Shown: in pieces, positions 8,589-16,162 of the stretch
Numbering within the stretch: position 1 is the first letter of the stretch
Layout: each line of letters begins with the position of its first letter
Assembly: GCA_963931495.1 (NCBI GenBank)
Contig: OZ007020.1
Location: 330,001 to 362,000 of the forward strand
DNA from: an uncultured Alphaproteobacteria bacterium
Lineage (GTDB): Bacteria > Pseudomonadota > Alphaproteobacteria > Rs-D84
Reading direction: 5' to 3'
DNA: 32,000 nucleotides
Translations under genes and position numbers: made by a program
The notes under the pieces: model-generated
The model's database searches: none
The model's input: the letters and a program-made list of their open reading frames with translations, nothing else
What the model was told of the DNA's origin: nothing

Positions 8589-9269
8589 TTATTGTATCAT
8601 AATTTTCCCGTGGGACAAAGTTGTTATGTCTGTTGGTTTAATCATTTCAGTAAATGTCGGTTGATGACTGATAATCAAAAATGTTGTATCAGGCATATCA
8701 TTGATTGTTTGTGCAATTTGCCCGCGAACATTGGCGTCAGCCCCAGAATCTGGTTCGTCCAGAATGGCCAGTTTTGGATTTGTCATTACCAATTGCAGCA
8801 ACATCAGGCGTTTGCGTTCGCCGCCAGAAAAACCAACATTTATACTGCGGTTCAGCCAGTCTTTGGGAATGTCCAGTTTTTCACGTGCCATATCCAGTTT
8901 AGATAAAAATTCGCCCATGGATAAATCGTGCCCAGTGTCAAAGTGTTTGTGCGATGCCATGGAATGTTTCAAAAAACTTAGTACAGTTAATCCTGGAATT
9001 TCTGGGACATTTTGTGCACCGATAAATATGCCCAGCAACGCACGTGTGGTTGTTGTTTCTGATGTAATATCGCGGCCATCAAATATTATATTGCCACTGG
9101 AAATTGTATATCCAGGCATTCCAGCAATCGCACCCACCAATGTGGATTTACCAGAACCATTATGACCCGCCAACAGGTGACGTGCACCATGGGCAATGTT
9201 CATATTTATATCTGTTAACAAATTTTTCCCATCCAGTGACACAGATAAATTTTTTATTTCTAGTATCAT
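8589..9269 (-). CDS. sufC: Fe-S cluster assembly ATPase SufC
   Basis: 226-aa soluble ABC ATPase. Walker A is GHNGSGKST, the signature is FSGGERKR, and Walker B is LAILDEPDSG. It lies immediately downstream of sufB. Confidence 0.9.
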   Translation of the reverse strand: MILEIKNLSVSLDGKNLLTDINMNIAHGARHLLAGHNGSGKSTLVGAIAGMPGYTISSGNIIFDGRDITSETTTTRALLGIFIGAQNVPEIPGLTVLSFLKHSMASHKHFDTGHDLSMGEFLSKLDMAREKLDIPKDWLNRSINVGFSGGERKRLMLLQLVMTNPKLAILDEPDSGADANVRGQIAQTINDMPDTTFLIISHQPTFTEMIKPTDITTLSHGKIMIQ

Positions 9270-9283
9270 TTTGTTTCCTGTTT

Positions 9284-10636
9284 TTATTTATGCGATAACG
9301 CCATTTGTATTAACTGTTTTGATTCAACCAAAAATTCCATTGGCAATCGTGCGATTATTGGCGCCGCATCTGCGCCGATAATTAATGCAGTTGCGACATC
9401 TTCGGATATGCCGGCACGCATTAAAAAATTCAACTGGGATACGTCAATTGCACCGGTGGATGCTTCGTGACTTTGGGTGTTGTCGGCATTGCTGTGAATA
9501 ATTGTTGGTAATGTATTCGCAATTGCATTTTTACCGATTAATCGTGTGTCGCATTTAGATGCATTTTTGCCGCCATGACCAGAAAAACTGACCATGCTGC
9601 GAAATGTTTGCCGTGACCAGTCGGTGGCAACACCGTATGAAACAATGTTTGAAACAGTATTGTTGCCCACATGAATCATTTTAGTACCGGTGTCAGCCTG
9701 TTGTGCGCCGCGTGTAATGGCCAGCGAATAAAAGTCACTGGATGCGCCATCGCCATATAAGATGGTTGATGGGTATTTCCATGTCATTGCCGAACCAATT
9801 TCAACCTGGGTCCAATCCAGACGTGCGTTTTTATCACAGCGTCCGCGTTTTGTAACAAAGTTTAATATTCCGCCACTGGACATTTTTTTACCATGTTCAG
9901 AATCGTTGGATGTGCTGGGGGTGCCCGCATACCAGTTTTGTACAGTTGCATATTTTACAATTGCGTTATCGCGGACGATTATTTCAACAACCCCACTGTG
10001 CAGTTGATGGTTGGGGCGGCGGGGGGCACTGCAACCTTCCATATAACTTAATTCAGCGCCACAATCGGCAATAATTAATGTACGTTCAAATTGTCCGATT
10101 TTTGCGGTTTCTATGCGAAAATAACTGGCCAAATCAATGGGACATTTGGTGTTTGGTGGAACGTACACAAATGTGCCGTCTGAAAATACAGCGGCGTTCA
10201 GTGCGGCAAAAAAATTATCGTTTGATGGGACAACTGTGCCCAAATATTGTTTTACTAAATCAGGATATTTTTGAACCGCATCTGACATCGGCAAGAATAT
10301 TATCCCAAGTTTGTTCAGTTCATCTGTATAGGATGTGTGTACAGAACGACTGTCAATCACAGTATCTGTGGCCATACCCAACAGTGCCCGTTGTTCATTT
10401 TCCGGCAGTCCCATTTTTTCGTATGTTTCACGCAGGTCAGAATTATCAATTGGGCGCTGTTCGTTGTAATAGTTCAGTGTGTCGTAATCTATTGGGGCAT
10501 AGTCTATTTCCGCCCAATGCGGTTCAGCCATTTTTTTCCATGCGTGCAATGCATCAATACGCCATTGGCATAACCATTCTGGTTCATTGCGCCGTCGCGA
10601 TATGTCGTGAATAAGTTCTTCGGATAAATGTGGCAT
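9284..10636 (-). CDS. sufB: Fe-S cluster assembly scaffold SufB
   Basis: FERTLIIADCGAELSYMEGCSAP, NFVTKRGRC, WTQVEIGSAMTWKYPS and ADTGTKMIHVGNNT align with canonical SufB blocks. There is a short insertion (GTPSTSNDSEHGKKMSSGG). Confidence 0.9.
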   Translation of the reverse strand: MPHLSEELIHDISRRRNEPEWLCQWRIDALHAWKKMAEPHWAEIDYAPIDYDTLNYYNEQRPIDNSDLRETYEKMGLPENEQRALLGMATDTVIDSRSVHTSYTDELNKLGIIFLPMSDAVQKYPDLVKQYLGTVVPSNDNFFAALNAAVFSDGTFVYVPPNTKCPIDLASYFRIETAKIGQFERTLIIADCGAELSYMEGCSAPRRPNHQLHSGVVEIIVRDNAIVKYATVQNWYAGTPSTSNDSEHGKKMSSGGILNFVTKRGRCDKNARLDWTQVEIGSAMTWKYPSTILYGDGASSDFYSLAITRGAQQADTGTKMIHVGNNTVSNIVSYGVATDWSRQTFRSMVSFSGHGGKNASKCDTRLIGKNAIANTLPTIIHSNADNTQSHEASTGAIDVSQLNFLMRAGISEDVATALIIGADAAPIIARLPMEFLVESKQLIQMALSHK

Positions 10637-10640
10637 TTTG

Positions 10641-11186
10641 TCAGTCGCTTGTTTGGGTGGCCAGTTGTCGGGCCTGGGTGAAAAATGTCAATGATTGTCC
10701 CAACAGGCCGTCTGTGAATGTTGCCGCCAATATTCCGTCTGGATCGGTTGTTGTCAAATGGTGTAAAAACGCATCCGCACGATTCATATAGTTATCAACA
10801 CTGCGGGCAACTTCGGTATCCAGTTTAATACAACGGCGCAATTTTTCCAGTGCAAATGGATTTTTTGCATATTCGTCCATTATCCCACCCAGTGCACGCC
10901 ACAGTGGGTGTTCTGATGTGTTGCGTGGCATGACATCAATCGCCGCCATGATTGGTATCAGATTTTGCAGCAAGTCTTGGTATATCATTTCGGCATTTTC
11001 GGCAACCGCATTTGTCGCAGACTTGTTTTTCAGTACTGATTGAATTTTTACAATCAAATTGTATTGATGGGTCAGGGTTTTAGACATATCACGAATACGC
11101 ATGTTTGTTCGGTATGTGTAATATAACATGCCAATCCCAAGAACAGTGATTAAGCCCATACAAACTAAGATTATGGTATCGTGCAT
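10641..11186 (-). CDS. hypothetical N-terminally membrane-anchored protein (181 aa)
   Basis: The track start at 11204 is a TTG. The ATG at 11186 has a perfect AGGAG SD. It has one N-terminal TM segment (IILVCMGLITVLGIGMLYY). The stop is 4 nt before the sufB start. No family recognised. Confidence 0.55.
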   Translation of the reverse strand: MHDTIILVCMGLITVLGIGMLYYTYRTNMRIRDMSKTLTHQYNLIVKIQSVLKNKSATNAVAENAEMIYQDLLQNLIPIMAAIDVMPRNTSEHPLWRALGGIMDEYAKNPFALEKLRRCIKLDTEVARSVDNYMNRADAFLHHLTTTDPDGILAATFTDGLLGQSLTFFTQARQLATQTSD

Positions 11187-11218
11187 AAAACAACTCCTGT
11201 GCAAAATTATTATGGTTC

Positions 11219-11227
11219 AGTATAGCA
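11219..11227 (-). promoter_or_regulatory. candidate extended -10 promoter for the 181-aa ORF/sufBC operon
   Basis: The minus strand reads TGC-TATACT (extended -10), about 30 nt upstream of the ATG at 11186. The -35 is poor. Confidence 0.35.
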
Positions 11228-11272
11228 TAATTTTGCCGATTCGCATGATTTTATCTTTTATGCGTTTTAGTC

Positions 11273-11301
11273 TTGCACAGATTCGGTCAAGTTGATATAA
11301 T
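11273..11301 (+). promoter_or_regulatory. candidate sigma70 promoter of the TcpQ-like/secretin pair
   Basis: TTGCAC (11273-11278), exact 17-nt spacer, consensus TATAAT (11296-11301). It lies 44 nt upstream of the ATG at 11345. Confidence 0.5.
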
Positions 11302-11344
11302 AATTATAATAAATATGATGAAACACTCAGGAAAGGAAGCTTTT

Positions 11345-12295
11345 ATGTTCCGCAAGATTTTGATTGTTGCAATGTTTGCAACGGCGGCTGGGTATTGCTT
11401 TGCCGCAGAAACGTTGCCCCAGGTTGTCACGTCAGAGGTTTTTTATACCCAGGCCACAGATGTTGATGTGTCCCAAGATGTCCAGGAAAATGCAAATGCA
11501 AATACCGTAACTGCGCAATCGGTGCCTGTGTGGCCAATTGCTGGTTCTGATGCAGATGTTCAAATTACATGTGAAGATGGCGCGTGCAGTGGCGGGGACA
11601 GCAAAAAAGACAACATTCGCATCGTTTCAAAAATTGGCGCGGACCTGGTTGTTGAAAATAATTTTAATCTGGGGGCATCAGACGGTGATTTTACTGGATG
11701 GTCTGGTGGGGTGAATATGCTGCATGGTACGCAAATTCCGGTGGGATTTGACGATGAATGTAAAAACGGTTCGGAAATGCCATTGCTGCATCGTGAAATG
11801 CTGGAAGATGATGGTGGAACTGTGCTGACCGTGTCGCGCAGCAGTCGGCGTGATTGTACCCAATATCGTGATGGATATGAAGCGTTCGTTGCAAAAATGG
11901 GTATGGATGCCACAGAGGTGGCCAATGCAAATGCGAATATTTCCAGTGACCTGAATGGGGTGACAACGGATAATCCGTTGGATGCGGAAATTGCGGTGGA
12001 TATATCTGCGGATGCCGAAGCGCCAATTGTCTTGACGGACCAGGTGCGTTCGTGGGTCGTTGCAAATGGCCAGACGTTACGCCAAGTGTTACAAGATTGG
12101 TGCAACAAAGAAGGTTGGGATTTGGTTTGGGCAACATCGCGTGAATACCCGATTGAGGCCAGCGCCGTATTCAAGGGACGCTTTGTTGATGTGGCGTCTG
12201 CGCTGGTGCGTAATTTTGCCCGTGCAACACCGATTCCGTATGCTAAATTTTATAAAGGAAATCGTGTTCTGGTGATATCAACATCCGAAGAATAG
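11345..12295 (+). CDS. exported protein with C-terminal TcpQ/PilL-like domain (316 aa)
   Basis: Start moved to ATG 11345 (GGAAAGGAAG SD). The Sec signal peptide is MFRKILIVAMFATAAGYCFA/AE, with no lipobox. The C-terminal 83 aa (12044-12292) read VRSWVVANGQTLRQVLQDWCNKEGWDLVWATSREYPIEASAVFKGRFVDVASALV. This matches my memory of the TcpQ/PilL secretin-partner domain. The N-terminal ~230 aa are unrecognised. Confidence 0.65.
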   Translation: MFRKILIVAMFATAAGYCFAAETLPQVVTSEVFYTQATDVDVSQDVQENANANTVTAQSVPVWPIAGSDADVQITCEDGACSGGDSKKDNIRIVSKIGADLVVENNFNLGASDGDFTGWSGGVNMLHGTQIPVGFDDECKNGSEMPLLHREMLEDDGGTVLTVSRSSRRDCTQYRDGYEAFVAKMGMDATEVANANANISSDLNGVTTDNPLDAEIAVDISADAEAPIVLTDQVRSWVVANGQTLRQVLQDWCNKEGWDLVWATSREYPIEASAVFKGRFVDVASALVRNFARATPIPYAKFYKGNRVLVISTSEE

Positions 12296-12332
12296 TTGGT
12301 TGTATTTCAGATTGCCGTAGGAGAATATAATT

Positions 12333-13961
12333 ATGACCAAACAGATAAAACTTTTTGTTATGTGCAGTGCAATGTGTGCCATTTTGGCCGGCTGTGCACG
12401 GGAAGAATCTGCCAAGGTTGCGGCATCTGTGGACCAGGACTTTATTAATGCATATGATGCGTTTGAATTGGCCAAAACACCACGTGCCCAGGTGGCAAAC
12501 GGTGATACGGTTTCTATGTCCGAAGGGGTTTGGTTGGGGGCGTCATCAACACTGTTGGAACATCGGAATAATTTACCGTCACAGTTTGAAACAAATACGG
12601 GAATAACGATTTTACTTAACGAACCTGTCAGTTTACAGGTGTTGGCAAATAATATAACATCTATCACCGGCATACCGGTTAAAATAGACAGCCAGATTGA
12701 TTCGGATAAATTAAAAAAGACGATAAATATTGCTTATACAGGACGTCTGTCGGGGCTGTTGTCCCAGATTGCCACAGATTTGGACCTGTTGTGGTATTAT
12801 GATAAATCGTCAATCGTATTTTATGAAACAGAAACAAAAACGTTCACGCTGTATGCGCTGGGGACCGACGTATCATATCAAACGGCGGTTGAAACAGATG
12901 ATGGGAATGCGGTTTCACTGGAATCAACACTGAAAGAATGGGACGAAGTTGAAAATGCAATTGAAACAATTATCGGTGATGTTGATAATGCCAGTTTCAC
13001 TGTATCGCGCAGTTTGGGTACGATTACTGTAACGGCGCCACCATCAATTCTGAATCGTGTTGGCGAATATATTGAACGCCAAAATAAACGCTTGTCACAG
13101 TTGGTAACGATTGATGTAAAGGTGTTACAGGTATCAATATCAAATGATTCGGCGTTCGGATTAAATCTGGCGGCGGCAATTAATTCGGCGTCTGGACTGA
13201 ATATTGTTGCCAATCCAAAGAATAATTTGACCAGTACCGAAGCCAGCAGTATGAATATCGCCGTGTTGTCAAATGCGGTGTCGGCGGTTACCGGGGCAAC
13301 ACATCTGGAAGATGGCGATGTGGTATCTGGGGCGTATACACAAGACCAGATTCAAAATGGTTCATTATCTGGATTGGCGGGGACGGATGCGTTGATTCAA
13401 GCATTGGCAAAACAGGGCAAGGTATCATTGGTTACCAATGTCGGTGTTACAACGCGGAATAATCGCGTTGCGCCGGTGAATAATACACGTACAACCGGAT
13501 ATATTAAGCGTTTTGAATCGCGTAACTTTACAACGGTTGAATCCAGTACGGTTGATCAAGACGATTTGGAAACAGGTTTTTCAATGCAGTTATTGCCGAA
13601 TGTTTTAGAAAATGGCAAAATATTGCTGCTGTTCAGAATGTCGGTGCGTGAATTGTTGCGTATGTCAACCCAGACGATTGGTGAAGTTACCCTGCAATTA
13701 CCAGAGGTTGAAGAACGCAGTTTCATGCAAGAAGTAATTATGGAATCTGGCCAGATGTTGGTGGTGTCTGGGTTTGAAAAACAGGGTAACACGGATACGC
13801 GCTATGGGCTGGGTGATCCGGACTTTATGGCACTGTCGGGGTCACGCGAAACATCGGCAACGCGTGATGTGTTGGTGGTTATATTGACGCCACAAGTGTT
13901 GGTCAGCCCAATGGATGCAGAACGCAGTATCCAACAGCATTGGGGGGCACCGTTGAATTAG
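12333..13961 (+). CDS. lipoprotein secretin, PilN/TcpC (type IVb pilus) type
   Basis: AGGAG SD and lipobox LAG-C21 (MCAILAGCAREE). The secretin-like C-terminal beta domain spans about aa 257-522. Its blocks are LVTIDVKVLQVSISNDSAFGLNL, GKVSLVTNVGVTTRNNRVAPV, GFSMQLLPNVLENGKILLLFRMSV, MESGQMLVVSGFEK and RDVLVVILTPQVLV. Confidence 0.75.
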   Translation: MTKQIKLFVMCSAMCAILAGCAREESAKVAASVDQDFINAYDAFELAKTPRAQVANGDTVSMSEGVWLGASSTLLEHRNNLPSQFETNTGITILLNEPVSLQVLANNITSITGIPVKIDSQIDSDKLKKTINIAYTGRLSGLLSQIATDLDLLWYYDKSSIVFYETETKTFTLYALGTDVSYQTAVETDDGNAVSLESTLKEWDEVENAIETIIGDVDNASFTVSRSLGTITVTAPPSILNRVGEYIERQNKRLSQLVTIDVKVLQVSISNDSAFGLNLAAAINSASGLNIVANPKNNLTSTEASSMNIAVLSNAVSAVTGATHLEDGDVVSGAYTQDQIQNGSLSGLAGTDALIQALAKQGKVSLVTNVGVTTRNNRVAPVNNTRTTGYIKRFESRNFTTVESSTVDQDDLETGFSMQLLPNVLENGKILLLFRMSVRELLRMSTQTIGEVTLQLPEVEERSFMQEVIMESGQMLVVSGFEKQGNTDTRYGLGDPDFMALSGSRETSATRDVLVVILTPQVLVSPMDAERSIQQHWGAPLN

Positions 13962-13965
13962 TATT

Positions 13966-13993
13966 AAAAAATCCCGCGATTGCGGGATTTTTA
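13966..13993 (+). terminator. rho-independent terminator after the secretin gene
   Basis: AAAAA-ATCCCGC-gatt-GCGGGAT-TTTT, 5 nt after the stop codon. Confidence 0.7.
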
Positions 13994-14108
13994 TCAGATT
14001 TTGATATTGTGGCATATGCATACTTGTTTCATGTTGTGTGGTGGGGACGGGCGTCAAAAAAATCATTTGTAAGCGGTGGATTAATGTGGTGTGTTGGTGG
14101 CAAATTAA

Positions 14109-14134
14109 ATACCCGCACAGAAATGTGCGGGTAT
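14109..14134 (-). terminator. hairpin terminator downstream of rpsT
   Basis: ATACCCGCACA-gaaa-TGTGCGGGTAT, an 11-bp stem 19 nt past the rpsT stop. On the minus strand it is followed by TTAATTT. Confidence 0.55.
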
Positions 14135-14152
14135 TATTATTCAAAAATTTTA

Positions 14153-14413
14153 TTATGCCATTTTTGATAATTTTTTGGTCAAACGCGAAACCTTGCGCGC
14201 GGCACGCTTTTTCGGCATAATCTTGCCAACAGATTTCATAATCTTGCTTTCTGCATTACGGACAGCCGTTGTTGCCGCTGCTTTATCCCCAGATTCAATT
14301 GCCTTTAACGCCTTTTTCGTTTCAGTTTTTACCGCACTGCGACGCGCGTTGTTTATTGCATTTTTGGTTGCAGTGACCAAAATTCTTTTCTTAGATGACT
14401 TATGATTTGCCAC
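14153..14413 (-). CDS. rpsT: 30S ribosomal protein S20
   Basis: MANHKSSKKRILVTATKNAINNARRS... is typical S20 at 86 aa. The start codon is GTG (complement of 14411-14413) with an AAGGAAA SD. Confidence 0.95.
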   Translation of the reverse strand: MANHKSSKKRILVTATKNAINNARRSAVKTETKKALKAIESGDKAAATTAVRNAESKIMKSVGKIMPKKRAARKVSRLTKKLSKMA

Positions 14414-14486
14414 GTTATTTTCCTTTTATTTAACAATGTTTTTTGATATTTTATAGAAAACAAACATAAAATCAAGGAAAAATAAA

Positions 14487-15095
14487 ATGATAGTGGATAA
14501 TATCGTCATATTTTATATTGGCGCATTGTTGATTTCGTACCTGTTGGGGTCGGTGCCAATGGGATTGATTTTAACCAGGTTGGCAGGGCGGGGTGATTTG
14601 CGCCAGGTTGGCAGTGGTAATATCGGTGCAACAAATGTATTGCGTGTCGGTGGATTGCGAATGGCCGGGTTGACATGGATTCTGGATATGGTCAAGGCAA
14701 TTGCCGCCGTTTTAATTGGTAATGCGGTTGGTGGTACGGTCTTGGGCGCGTGGTGCGGTTTTGTCGCAATTGTTGGGCATTGCTATCCAGTGTGGTTAAA
14801 ATTTCGCGGTGGCAAGGGGATTTCGTCGCTGTTTGGGGTGTTGCTGGTCACCAGTCCGTTGGCATTCGTTTTTTGTGGAATTGAATGGCTGATTGTCGCG
14901 TTAACATCGGGGTATTCTTCGTTGGGGGCGGTTGTGGCGTTCTGTTTGATGCCGGTATTTGGTTTTGTTATTGATACACATATTGGTTGGGCGTTTTTGG
15001 CAATTGCGTTGTTGTGTCTGTGGCGACACCGGGTGAATATAAATCGTTTGTTGCACGGAACAGAATCAAAAATAGAATGGAAATGGAAAAAATAA
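14487..15095 (+). CDS. plsY: glycerol-3-phosphate acyltransferase PlsY
   Basis: 202-aa membrane protein with GSGNIGATNVLR and HCYPVWLKFRGGKG motifs. AAGGAAA SD. Confidence 0.95.
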   Translation: MIVDNIVIFYIGALLISYLLGSVPMGLILTRLAGRGDLRQVGSGNIGATNVLRVGGLRMAGLTWILDMVKAIAAVLIGNAVGGTVLGAWCGFVAIVGHCYPVWLKFRGGKGISSLFGVLLVTSPLAFVFCGIEWLIVALTSGYSSLGAVVAFCLMPVFGFVIDTHIGWAFLAIALLCLWRHRVNINRLLHGTESKIEWKWKK

Positions 15096-15161
15096 TCTTG
15101 GTGCTGCGTAAATCGCGGCATCTGATTTTATATATTATTTCTTTATTTTTGGGCGATTTTA

Positions 15162-15170
15162 TGCTATAAT
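15162..15170 (+). promoter_or_regulatory. candidate extended -10 promoter for the 15197 ORF
   Basis: TGC-TATAAT (extended -10; hexamer 15165-15170), 27 nt upstream of ATG 15197. Weak -35. Confidence 0.4.
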
Positions 15171-15196
15171 AAAGTACAATCAATATGGGGACGGGA

Positions 15197-16066
15197 ATGA
15201 AAAAAATTCTGTGTTTAGTTATGCTGGCTGGATTTGTAATGCCGGCGTTCGCGGCGACGTCGTCGGCCCCGGCGCGACGTTCTGTGGCCAGTCAAATGGT
15301 TATGGCGGCACCACGCGCCACGGCATCAACAAATCAGATAACCGCAATGGCAAATGCAAATAATGCGTCGTCTGCAAAATTGGCAACAACGCCAGATATC
15401 GTGCCAAGTGCGGTGCGCGTTGATGCGGATTCCAGTGTGGATGATGATACCGTAACGGATAATCGTGAAAAAGAAAAATTGGCATGTATCAGCAATAATA
15501 TCGGAATTGGTAACACATTTGTCTGGGCGTCCAGATACAGCAATACAAATGACTATGCCACAATGGTGGAAGATGTGGAAAATCCGGAAAATAATGTTTG
15601 CTTTGTATTAGTAGAAGTAAAATCAAATGACCCAAAAATTAGTGTTTCTGATGTCCCTGGTAAATATTTCGTAATGGGGAATGATATTACGTGTGGCGAT
15701 TGGGCCGATGTTGATACACTGCGCCAGCGTATATTGGATGCCAAGAAATCTGTGCGTACATGGGCAACCGTGGGCGGTGTTGTCGGTGGTGCCGGAATTG
15801 GTGTCGGTGCAATGGAATTATTTGGTAATCGCTGGATCGGTGGTGCCGTAGAAGGCCAGGCCGCCATGGATGATGGGCAATTGTTATTATCCCAGTTATT
15901 GGTTATGCGGGATTCTGGTGACCCAGAATATGACGATTTTGTGGAAAATTTGACCGTGTTGCAGCAAGAATGCAACAGTGATGTTTGGATGGCCGGGGGC
16001 AAGCCCGCAGAATGTGATGAATTTGACTATGAATTCATATTAAATGGTCTGAAACAAATTGAATAG
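15197..16066 (+). CDS. hypothetical exported protein (289 aa) with glycine-zipper hydrophobic segment
   Basis: The signal peptide is MKKILCLVMLAGFVMPAFA/A. An Ala/Ser/Asn-rich low-complexity region follows. The Gly-zipper segment WATVGGVVGGAGIGVGAMELFG spans nt 15761-15826, and the C-terminal tail is acidic. No family recognised. Confidence 0.6.
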   Translation: MKKILCLVMLAGFVMPAFAATSSAPARRSVASQMVMAAPRATASTNQITAMANANNASSAKLATTPDIVPSAVRVDADSSVDDDTVTDNREKEKLACISNNIGIGNTFVWASRYSNTNDYATMVEDVENPENNVCFVLVEVKSNDPKISVSDVPGKYFVMGNDITCGDWADVDTLRQRILDAKKSVRTWATVGGVVGGAGIGVGAMELFGNRWIGGAVEGQAAMDDGQLLLSQLLVMRDSGDPEYDDFVENLTVLQQECNSDVWMAGGKPAECDEFDYEFILNGLKQIE

Positions 16067-16096
16067 TTTTATGCGTACATTATATATATGTATATA

Positions 16097-16118
16097 AAAA
16101 CGCCGATTCGGCGTTTTT
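16097..16118 (+). terminator. rho-independent terminator
   Basis: AAAA-CGCCG-att-CGGCG-TTTTT, 30 nt after the stop at 16066. Confidence 0.6.
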
Positions 16119-16162
16119 ATACTTTTAATATGTATGTATTTTTTCTTATAGTGGTCTATGTG

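Noticed and set aside
11560-12174. Two long antisense ORFs (204 aa and 148 aa) lie opposite the TcpQ-like gene. Similar antisense ORFs occur elsewhere: 1589-2086, 7675-8169, 8191-8664, 8701-9165, 10078-10614, 15553-16002, 18175-18585 and 23084-23614.
   Set aside because: The translations are low-complexity Pro/His/Ser/Arg-rich strings with no SD or motifs. They sit opposite genes with clear homology or clear signal-peptide and SD context, so they are typical shadow ORFs.
13994-14108. A 115-nt spacer between two separate hairpin terminators (secretin and rpsT). It is GT-rich on the plus strand and CA-rich (CCACCAACACACCAC, CCCGTCCCCACCACAC) on the minus strand. I considered a small RNA.
   Set aside because: I found no convincing promoter on either strand. 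Two convergent genes each having their own terminator is sufficient explanation. It is only worth revisiting if RNA-seq shows a discrete transcript.
16088-16162. A 25-codon N-terminal extension of dprA (MYIKTPIRRFYTFNMYVFFLIVVYV).
   Set aside because: It runs straight through the terminator hairpin of the upstream gene (16097-16118) and is an AT-rich, hydrophobic nonsense-like sequence. The DprA homology begins at MQDDLFYKLLLLRSPGIG.
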